From contig OZ242011.1 in NCBI GenBank assembly GCA_965204755.1, forward strand, positions 3,744,001-3,808,000: a DNA stretch of 64,000 bases, given 5' to 3'. This DNA comes from Candidatus Marinacidobacterium sp. (GTDB lineage: Bacteria > Acidobacteriota > Vicinamibacteria > Marinacidobacterales > Marinacidobacteraceae). The notes under the pieces are model-generated. The model made no database searches, was not told where the DNA came from, and worked only from the letters and a program-made list of their open reading frames with translations. Positions 1 through 7,404 of this stretch are shown here, in pieces (position 1 is the stretch's first letter; the number at the start of each line of letters is the position of its first letter). Made by a program: the position numbers and the translations under genes.

Positions 1-1127
1 CCCTCGAGGAGGGTTCGGGCTTCCCGCTCCGCGGTCCGCACCTCGGCGACGGACAGGGCGTCCGGTTCGTCCCGGACCCGTTCGAGGAGGGTGAGGAATT
101 CGGGGGGCGGCGGGCGGACGGGTTCCTTCTGGGGCGGCGGCGCCGGCTTCGGCTCGGGTTCGTCGGGGATCAGGATTTCCGCCCGCGGCGAGTCCGCGAC
201 TGCCCCGGAGGCCTCCGTGAGACGGGCTCGAATCCCTTCGAGACGGGCCGCGATCGCTTCGCCCACGGGGCCGGAAGCGGCCAGCGCCTCCGCTTCCCGG
301 AGCCTCTCGGTCATTTCGCGGCCGTCGCCGGCCGCCGCCTCGAGTTCGTCGAGGGCCGCGGAGAGATCCGCCTCCCGGCGCCGGATGCGCTCCGGGTGCT
401 CCGGGGGCAGGAGATCCTCGGCGCGCCGCGCCGCCGAGCGGCGAACGCTCCGGGAGCCCGCCCGCTCCGCGACCGAGAGGAGCAGGTCGGCGTCCTCGAT
501 CCGGCGGACCGCGGCGAGCGCGGTGTCCCGGTGAGTCCCGGAGAGGGCTACGCGGGCGAGGCCGTCCGGGGTGGCCACCGCGCCGAGCGCGCGCGCCCGC
601 AGCGCGGGGTCTTCGGCCTTCCCCGCCACGAGCGCCAGCGCCTCGGACCGCTCCGCGGCGCCGCTCTCCCCGGCGCCGGCCGCCGGCGGGGGCTCTTCGG
701 GCGCCTCGGCGCCGTTCGCTCCGCCGGGCGACCCGGCCAGTCGGTCGAACGCTTCGGCCCGTACTTCGGCGAAGCGCGCCCGGAGGACGACTTCCGCGAC
801 GCCCCGCAGCGGGACGAGCAGCGCCAGCGCCCGCCGCGACTCGGCCAGGTCGCGGTCGTCGGCGGCGATCTTGACCAGCAGCGACTCGGCGCGGGCGCGG
901 GCCAGGTCCCGCGTCCGGTCGTCCTCCGCCGCTTGGGCGATCGCGAGCAGCGACCTCGGCGACTCGATCCGCCGCACGGCTTCCCGGCGCACCCGCGGAT
1001 CCGGGTCGGTGCGGGCGAGACGCTCCAGCGGGGCCAGGTCCAAAGGCGGGTGCTTTTGCACCGCCCGGATCCGCGCGGTCGCGTCCCGGCTCCTCAGCGG
1101 GGAGGAGAGCCGGTCGAGGACGGACAT
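1..1127 (-). CDS. Partial CDS running off the window edge; helical HEAT-like repeat protein resembling the N-terminus of DUF349-family proteins
   Basis: Absent from the ORF track because there is no stop in the window. ATG at 1127 reads MSVLDRLSSPLRSRDATARIRAV...LARTDPDPRVRREAVRRI and stays open to position 1. Family assignment is by recalled resemblance only. Confidence 0.65.
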   Translation of the reverse strand, partial: MSVLDRLSSPLRSRDATARIRAVQKHPPLDLAPLERLARTDPDPRVRREAVRRIESPRSLLAIAQAAEDDRTRDLARARAESLLVKIAADDRDLAESRRALALLVPLRGVAEVVLRARFAEVRAEAFDRLAGSPGGANGAEAPEEPPPAAGAGESGAAERSEALALVAGKAEDPALRARALGAVATPDGLARVALSGTHRDTALAAVRRIEDADLLLSVAERAGSRSVRRSAARRAEDLLPPEHPERIRRREADLSAALDELEAAAGDGREMTERLREAEALAASGPVGEAIAARLEGIRARLTEASGAVADSPRAEILIPDEPEPKPAPPPQKEPVRPPPPEFLTLLERVRDEPDALSVAEVRTAEREARTLLE

Positions 1128-1274
1128 GGATGCGTCGGCGCGGAGCGGTTCGACAGGCCTGTCGGGTGGGGTGGCGGCGAGAATATAGCCTTCGCGCACC
1201 CGTCGGGGAGGCCGGGGGCCGGACTTCGGCACGCCGCGGCGCCGGCGGTTCTCCGCGCCGCCGACTCGCTTCCC

Positions 1275-2552
1275 TTGACGCTCTCCCCTTCGGGCCCGTA
1301 CGCCGGCCGGCCGCCCGGTCCGGCGCCGGGGTCCGTCGGGCTGTTCCACGGGTTCGCCCTCGGATCGGTCCTGGGGCTCGGCCTGCTGGACCAGCAGGTG
1401 GTCACGCCGCTCATCGCGGCTCTCGCCATGGGTCTCGGCGCCTCCGTTCCTGAAGTGGGGTTCGCGATCTCGGCGTACGCGGTGTTCGCCTCCGGCTCGG
1501 CCCTGTTCGCCGGGCCGCTCTCGGATCGCCGGGGGCGGCGTCCGTTCCTGCTGGCGGCGGCGGCGCTGATGCTGGGCGCGTCGCTCCTCACGGCGCTCTC
1601 CGCGCATTACGGCGCCTTCGTCGCGGCGCGAGCCGCTGCCGGGGTGGCCGGGGGCGCCATCGCGGCCATCGCCGTGGCGTGGGTGGCGGACCGCGTGCCC
1701 TATGCGCGGCGGGGGCGGGTCATGGCCGTGCTCGTCGGCGGCGGGATGGGAGCGGCGGCGCTCGGACAGGTGGGGGCCGCGTTCGCCGCCGGACGATTCG
1801 GGCACCGCGCCGTGTACCTCGGTCTGGCGCTCTTCTCGGGCCTGGTGTTCCTCCTGCTCGCCGCGCTGCGGGAGGACGCCGCGCCGCGGAGGGAGACGCC
1901 CGCGGGCCGCGAGCCGGCGGCGGACGCCGGCGACGCGGCATCCCCGGAGGGCGTGGCCGGTTGGCTGCGCGGCTATGCCGACTTCGCCGGGAGCGCCCCC
2001 CACCGGACGACCGCGCTGGCGGCGTTCTGCCTCTCCGGCAGTTTGGTGGGGGTCACGGCGTACGCCTCCGGCTGGCTCCAGGAAGCGCGCGGGTTCTCGC
2101 TCGAGGAAGTGGGACTGATCTACGGGGCCTTCGGGTTGGCCATCCTGGTCGTCCAGCCGCTCGCCGGGCCGCTCTCCGACCGTTTCGGGAAGCGGCGGTT
2201 CGGCGTGGCGGCGTCGGTCGCCGCGGCGCTGGTGACGCTCGCGCTCCCCGCGCTGCGCGGACCGGCGCTCGTCGCCGCGCTCGTCCTGTTCGGCTGTCTC
2301 GCGGTCTCCCGGGTGGCGGCGTTCGCGGCGCTCCGGAGCGAACTCGTCCGTCCTTCGCGCCGCGCCGCTTTCCTCGCCTTCTCCAACACCTCCTCCCAAC
2401 TGGGGATCGCGGCGGCGGCCGCGCTGGGCGGGGTCTTCTACCGGTCGGGGTTTTCGGCGGTCTGCTGGGCGATGGCCGGCTTCGGCGGCCTCGCCGCGCT
2501 CCTCATCGCGCGGATTCCGGAGCCGGGCGCCGCGGCGGACTCGGCGCCGTGA
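1275..2552 (+). CDS. MFS transporter
   Basis: C-terminal part of ORF 396..2552: about 12 hydrophobic segments and two MFS motif-A copies (GPLSDRRGRR, GPLSDRFGKR). The TTG 1275 start is uncertain. Confidence 0.85.
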   Translation: MTLSPSGPYAGRPPGPAPGSVGLFHGFALGSVLGLGLLDQQVVTPLIAALAMGLGASVPEVGFAISAYAVFASGSALFAGPLSDRRGRRPFLLAAAALMLGASLLTALSAHYGAFVAARAAAGVAGGAIAAIAVAWVADRVPYARRGRVMAVLVGGGMGAAALGQVGAAFAAGRFGHRAVYLGLALFSGLVFLLLAALREDAAPRRETPAGREPAADAGDAASPEGVAGWLRGYADFAGSAPHRTTALAAFCLSGSLVGVTAYASGWLQEARGFSLEEVGLIYGAFGLAILVVQPLAGPLSDRFGKRRFGVAASVAAALVTLALPALRGPALVAALVLFGCLAVSRVAAFAALRSELVRPSRRAAFLAFSNTSSQLGIAAAAALGGVFYRSGFSAVCWAMAGFGGLAALLIARIPEPGAAADSAP

Positions 2553-3877
2553 CCTCGAGGCCCGGCCGCGCCCGGCTGCGGCGAAGGTTGCTGCGCGCGG
2601 GGTTGGCGCTCCTCGCGGCTTTCGTCCTGCTCGCCCTTTCCGTACCGGTCGCGATCGGCGCCTTCCTCACCACGCAGGCCCGCACCCGGCCCCAGGACCT
2701 GGAACTCCGCTCGACGCCCATGGACTACGGCCTCTCGTTCCGCACCGTGGCGCTTCGCGCGGCGGACGGCGCCGCGATCTCCGCCTGGATGATCCGACCC
2801 GCAGGGAGCGCGCCCGGCCGCGGCTGCGCGGCGGTTCTCGCGCACGGCCTCTTCCGCTCGCGGCGGGAAGTCCTGCCGCGGGCGGCGTGGCTCGCCCGGA
2901 GCGGGTGCGCCGTCGTCACTCCGGACTTGAGGAGCCACGGCCGGAGCGCCCGCTCGCGCAGCACCCTCGGCTTCACCGAGCGGCTCGATGTGCTGGCCGC
3001 CGCCGAGTTCCTGCGGCGGGAGTTCCCGGACCGTCCGTTGTTCCTGCTCGGCGTCTCCATGGGCGGCGCCGCGGCCGCCGGCGCCGCCGTGGCCGCCGCT
3101 ACGCCTCCGGCGGGCGTCGTCCTCGACAGCACCTTCAAGAGCGCGCGGACCGCGGTGGCCCGCTACACCACCCTGCTGACCAGCCTGCCGGAGCGGGGAA
3201 CGACGGACCTGGTCCTGCTCGGGATGCGGCTCTTCGGCGGGTTCCGGCCCCGGGCGATGGATGTAGAAGCGCTTTCGCGCTCGCTCGGGGAGCGGGGTGT
3301 CCCGATCCTGCTGCTCGCCGGCGGCCGCGACCGACGGGCGCCGCCCGACGACCAACGGGCGGTGTTCGAGGCGAACGGTCTGCCGGCAAGCCGTTTCCTC
3401 ACCGTGCCGGAGGCGACGCACGGCCGGCCCTGCCTCTCGGCGCCGGAGGCCTGCGAAGCGGCGATCGCGGAGTTCTTCGGCCTTTCGCCGGCGGGATCGC
3501 CCGCCGCCGAGCCCGGCGGGTCCCGACCGGCGCCGCCATCTTTCGCGGGGAGGGGGCCATCCCCTCCCGGCGCCCCTCCCCGGTCGGCGCATCGCGCCGA
3601 CGGGGGCTCCCCGGCCTTTCTCCACGGGCTGCTGACAGCCCGTGGAAAAAGCGCCCCGCCGTCCACTCCTCGACGCGAGGGCGCCAAGTCCGCGTTCGGT
3701 TTCGCGGCGGGGCGCTCTTCCCACGGGCGGGCGGCGCGAATCGCTGCGCGATTCCCCCCGCCATCTATCGCGGGGAGGGGGCCACCCCCTCCCCGCACCC
3801 CTCCCCGGTCGGCGCTTCGCGCCGACGGGGGCTCCCCGGACTTTCTCCACGGGCTGCTGTCGGGAGGCCCGGCGTGA
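2549..3877 (+). CDS. Alpha/beta hydrolase with N-terminal TM anchor; the C-terminal tail is read through MITE-derived sequence
   Basis: GTG overlaps the MFS stop. Motifs HG (LAHGL), DLRSHGRS, nucleophile GVSMGG, GGRD and ATH. The domain ends near AIAEFFG (~3485). Confidence 0.8.
   Translation: MTSRPGRARLRRRLLRAGLALLAAFVLLALSVPVAIGAFLTTQARTRPQDLELRSTPMDYGLSFRTVALRAADGAAISAWMIRPAGSAPGRGCAAVLAHGLFRSRREVLPRAAWLARSGCAVVTPDLRSHGRSARSRSTLGFTERLDVLAAAEFLRREFPDRPLFLLGVSMGGAAAAGAAVAAATPPAGVVLDSTFKSARTAVARYTTLLTSLPERGTTDLVLLGMRLFGGFRPRAMDVEALSRSLGERGVPILLLAGGRDRRAPPDDQRAVFEANGLPASRFLTVPEATHGRPCLSAPEACEAAIAEFFGLSPAGSPAAEPGGSRPAPPSFAGRGPSPPGAPPRSAHRADGGSPAFLHGLLTARGKSAPPSTPRREGAKSAFGFAAGRSSHGRAARIAARFPPPSIAGRGPPPPRTPPRSALRADGGSPDFLHGLLSGGPA
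3533..3631 (+). repeat. Truncated (right-half) copy of the MITE-like element
   Basis: Near-identical to 3758-3856; ends in the TIR CTTTCTCCACGGGCTG. Confidence 0.8.
3636..3856. mobile_element. 221-bp MITE-like element with 16-bp terminal inverted repeats
   Basis: Left end CAGCCCGTGGAAAAAG (3636-3651), right end CTTTCTCCACGGGCTG (3841-3856), 15/16 complementary. Flanked by CTGA and CTGT. Internal hairpin GTCGGCGC-TTC-GCGCCGAC. No transposase. Confidence 0.75.
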
Positions 3878-4407
3878 CCCTCGCGAACCAACTCACCGTG
3901 CTGCGGCTGTTGCTGGCCCCGGTGGTGGTGATCTGCATCGTGTACGCCGAGTTCTGGTGGGCGATCGCCAGTCTGCTCGCCGCCGGGGTCACCGACGCGG
4001 TGGACGGGGCGATCGCCCGGCGCCGGCAGGAGGCGGGCGAACTCGGCGCGTTGCTCGACCCGCTGGCGGACAAGATCCTGATCGCTTCCGCCGTGGTGGC
4101 TCTCGCCGTGCCGGTCGAAGGCCTGACCGTGAGGATTCCGGCTTGGGTGGCGATCCTGATGCTCGCCCGGGACGCCACGATCCTGATCGTGGCTACCGCC
4201 TACAACCTGGCGGTGAAGCGGCGCCAGTTCCCGCCCAGCCGGCTGGGGAAGGCGACCACCGCGGTGCATGTGGTCGGGATCCTCTGGATCCTGGCGATGA
4301 ACGCGCTCGCGCTCGACCACTTCCTGACCGAGGCGCTGCTGGCGGCGATGGTGGCCCTGACGGCGCTCACTTCGCTCCAGTACCTCTGGCGGGCCCGCTC
4401 GCTCTGA
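3874..4407 (+). CDS. CDP-alcohol phosphatidyltransferase (PgsA/cardiolipin synthase-like)
   Basis: TLANQLTVLR start; signature DAVDGAIARR-x-GALLDPLADK; SRLGKATT. Confidence 0.9.
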   Translation: MTLANQLTVLRLLLAPVVVICIVYAEFWWAIASLLAAGVTDAVDGAIARRRQEAGELGALLDPLADKILIASAVVALAVPVEGLTVRIPAWVAILMLARDATILIVATAYNLAVKRRQFPPSRLGKATTAVHVVGILWILAMNALALDHFLTEALLAAMVALTALTSLQYLWRARSL

Positions 4408-6367
4408 GCCGCCGGCGGACGAGGCCGCGGACTTGGGGGGCGAGGGCGGGGATCAGGATGGCCGCTCCGAGCAGCCGGAGCAGCGGGTCGGGCTGGAAGG
4501 AGAGGGCCGCGCCCCCGGCGAGCAGGAGCCGGGTGGAGGGCCCGCAGGGGCGGAGGCCGTGCCCGAAGAGCGCGAGCGACGAGGCCGCGATGGCCAGGAA
4601 AGCGCCGCCGAAGGCGAGCAACTGGGACCACCCGACCGGTTCCCCGGGCGCCGGGAGCAGCGGGGTGTAGGCCATCAGCAGGGGCGCGAGGAACAACCCG
4701 AGCGAGAGCCGGACCGCCTCCACGGCGGTGCGCATCGGGCGTCCGCCGGCGACTCCCGCCCCGGCGAAGGCGGCGAGCGCCACCGGAGGGGTCACATTGG
4801 AGGACTGCGACAGGTAGAAGAGGATCAGGTGCGCCGTGAGGACCGGCAGGCCGAGGTCGGTGAGCGCCGGCGCGGCGACCACCGCGACGACGATGTAGGC
4901 GGCGGTCACCGGGAGCCCCATCCCGAGGACGAGCGCGGCCGCCGCGGACAGGCCTAGCGCGGGGAGCAGCGCTCCTCCCGCCGCGCCGAGGAGGATCTCG
5001 GCGAACTGGAGCCCCACCCCGGTCTGGCCGATGACGCCGACCACCAGGCCGGCGGCCGCGCAGGCCAGGGACACCGGGACCGCGGTCACCGCGCCGCGCG
5101 CCAGCCCCTCGAGCAGCCGGCGCGGGGAGGGTCGGCGCCCCCGGCGCGCGAGGCTCGCCGCCACCACGGCGGCGCAGCCGGCCGCGCCCACCAGCGGCGG
5201 GGAGTAGTCGAGCAGCAGCAGGCCGGCGACGACCGCCACCACCGCGAGGAAGTGGGCGCCGTCGAGCAGGGTGGGGAGGAGGCGCGGCCGGTCCGGCATC
5301 GCCTCGATCCCGCGCCGGACCGCCAGGCCGTGCACGAACAGGAGCGTGGCGGCGAAGAACAGGAAGGCGGGGAACACCGACACGAGCACGATGCGCGAGT
5401 AGGGGGTGTTCGTGAGTTCCGCCATCAGGAACGCGCCGGCGCCCATGATCGGCGGCATCAACTGCCCTCCGGTGGAGGCCGCGGCCTCGATCCCTCCCGC
5501 CTCCTCGCGGGAGTACCCGAGCCGCTTCATCATCGGGATGGTGAGCGCGCCGGTGGTCACGGTGTTGGCGATGGCGGAGCCGGAAACGGAGCCGAGGGCG
5601 GCGGAAGCTACGACCGCCGCCTTGGCCGGGCCGCCCCGCGCCCGGCCGGCGGCGGCGAACGCGAGCGAGATGAAGAACCGCCCGCCGCCGGTGGCTTCGA
5701 GCAGGGCGCCGAACAGGACGAAGACGAACACCGTGCTGCTGGCCACCCCGAGCGGCAGCCCGAAGAGGCCGGCGCCGGTGAAGACTTCGAAGCGGAGGAT
5801 CCGCTCCAACTCGAATCCCCGGTGGGCGAGCGGGCCCGGCAGGGAGGCGCCGAACGCGTTGTAGGCGAGGAAGACCAGGACCAGCGCCGTCAGCACCGCG
5901 CCTACGCGCCGCCGCGCGGCCTCGAGGAGCAGGAGGACGAGGGCCGCGCCGGCGGCGAAGTCGGCGGGGGCGAGCCCTTCCAGGATGTGCGAGACCCCTT
6001 GGCGGTCGAACCCGATGACCGCCGCCCCGGCGGCGAGCGACCCGGCGGCGAGCGCCAGGTCGCGGACGGCGGCGGGACTCGGCCGGCCGAGGCCGCGGCG
6101 GCAGGCGTCGCCGAGGAACGCGAGGACCAGGATCCAGGTGAGGTGGATCGGACGCAGCCAGACCGCGTCCACCGACCCGAACGCGCTCTGCCACAGTTGG
6201 AAGAGGGACAGGGCGCCGCCGAGCAGGAGGAGCGGCAGCGGAAGTCCCGCCGGGCGCTCCGGTTCGAGCAGCCCGGCTCCGGCTTCCGCCCGGGGTGGCG
6301 GGGCGGCGTCCTTGGACGCCTCGGACGCCTCCGGCGCCTCCGGGCCGCCTTTCCCGGGATCGCCCAT
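4367..6367 (-). CDS. TRAP transporter fused permease (4TM/12TM, TAXI-associated)
   Basis: Motifs RGGPAKAAVVAS, SGSAIANTVTTG, EAAASTGGQLMPPIMGAGAF, VTPPVALAAF. ATG is coupled to the TAXI stop. Confidence 0.92.
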   Translation of the reverse strand: MGDPGKGGPEAPEASEASKDAAPPPRAEAGAGLLEPERPAGLPLPLLLLGGALSLFQLWQSAFGSVDAVWLRPIHLTWILVLAFLGDACRRGLGRPSPAAVRDLALAAGSLAAGAAVIGFDRQGVSHILEGLAPADFAAGAALVLLLLEAARRRVGAVLTALVLVFLAYNAFGASLPGPLAHRGFELERILRFEVFTGAGLFGLPLGVASSTVFVFVLFGALLEATGGGRFFISLAFAAAGRARGGPAKAAVVASAALGSVSGSAIANTVTTGALTIPMMKRLGYSREEAGGIEAAASTGGQLMPPIMGAGAFLMAELTNTPYSRIVLVSVFPAFLFFAATLLFVHGLAVRRGIEAMPDRPRLLPTLLDGAHFLAVVAVVAGLLLLDYSPPLVGAAGCAAVVAASLARRGRRPSPRRLLEGLARGAVTAVPVSLACAAAGLVVGVIGQTGVGLQFAEILLGAAGGALLPALGLSAAAALVLGMGLPVTAAYIVVAVVAAPALTDLGLPVLTAHLILFYLSQSSNVTPPVALAAFAGAGVAGGRPMRTAVEAVRLSLGLFLAPLLMAYTPLLPAPGEPVGWSQLLAFGGAFLAIAASSLALFGHGLRPCGPSTRLLLAGGAALSFQPDPLLRLLGAAILIPALAPQVRGLVRRRLRASGPARGTGAK

Positions 6368-7404
6368 CAGCGGCCCGGCGGGTCGGCGCCGTTCAGGGCC
6401 GGCGCGCCGCCGCCCGTCCGCCGGGCGCGTTCCTCGCGGTAGAACGCCGCCGCGCCCGGATGGAGCGGGAGTGAGCCCACGGCGTCGAGGCTGTCGAGGC
6501 GGATGAAGTCGGCGTTCCGGGTCACCGACGCGAACTCCTCCCGGCCGGCGAGCAGCGAACCGGCCAGCGCGGAGGCCGTCTCCTCGGGCAGGTCCCGATG
6601 GACGAACAACAGGTTCCACAGCGACGGGGTCAGGACTCCCGACTCCACGCCCCGATAGACCCCGGGCGGCACGACGAACCCCTGGTAGGCCGGGTTCGCC
6701 GCCTCGATGCGCGCGATCTCGTCGGCGGAGAAGGGGACGAGCACCAGGTCGCGGGTCAGGCCGAGTTCGATCACCGAGGAAACACCGAGTCCGGCGGCGA
6801 GGAAGAGCGCGTCGAGCGCGCCGTCCTTCAGGCCGTTGATGCTCTGGGTGTAGTTCATCTGCCGGATGCGGAGGTCGGACTCCGCCACTCCGGCCGCGCG
6901 CAGCAGGTTCCTCGCGGTCACTTCGTTCCCGGACCCGGGCGGCCCGACGGAGACGCGCTTGCCGGCCAGGTCCTCGACCCGGCGGACGCCGCGCCCGGCC
7001 ACGCTCAGCAGGTGGACGACATTGGGATACACCCGCCCGAGGACGGCGACGGGCAGCGGCTCGGGGAACCGGCCGGCGCCGGCTACCGCGTCGGCCACCG
7101 CGTCCGCCTGACCGATGCCGATATCGCTCTCGCCTTTCGCGACCTGGATCAGGTTCGTCACCGATCCGGCGCTGACTTCCGCCTTCACCACGACTCCGGG
7201 GAGGTCCCGCGTCCAGCGGCTGGAGATCGCGCCGCCGAGCGGGTAGTACACGCCCGCGGTGGTGCCGGTGGCGAAGGCGAGGGGGCGCGGCCGGTCGGAG
7301 GCGCAGACGGTCACCGCGGCGGCGAGCGCGATGGCGGCGAGTGCGCGGGCGAGGGCCGGCGCGGGAAACCGCCCCGGGCGGCGGCGGGCGGGAACGGCGG
7401 TCAT
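6367..7404 (-). CDS. TAXI-family TRAP solute-binding protein
   Basis: Motifs ATGTTAGVYYPLG, GSVTN, DLAGKRVSVGPPGSG, LPLHPGAAAFYRE. ATG overlaps the mutS stop. Confidence 0.92.
   Translation of the reverse strand: MTAVPARRRPGRFPAPALARALAAIALAAAVTVCASDRPRPLAFATGTTAGVYYPLGGAISSRWTRDLPGVVVKAEVSAGSVTNLIQVAKGESDIGIGQADAVADAVAGAGRFPEPLPVAVLGRVYPNVVHLLSVAGRGVRRVEDLAGKRVSVGPPGSGNEVTARNLLRAAGVAESDLRIRQMNYTQSINGLKDGALDALFLAAGLGVSSVIELGLTRDLVLVPFSADEIARIEAANPAYQGFVVPPGVYRGVESGVLTPSLWNLLFVHRDLPEETASALAGSLLAGREEFASVTRNADFIRLDSLDAVGSLPLHPGAAAFYREERARRTGGGAPALNGADPPGR

Noticed and set aside
3533-3856. CRISPR array or structured ncRNA
   Set aside because: Only two long copies with TIRs, no regular repeat-spacer period and no cas genes; a MITE explains it better.
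4367-4407. 41-bp convergent overlap between the pgsA-like gene and the TRAP permease
   Set aside because: Short 3' overlaps are common in GC-rich genomes.
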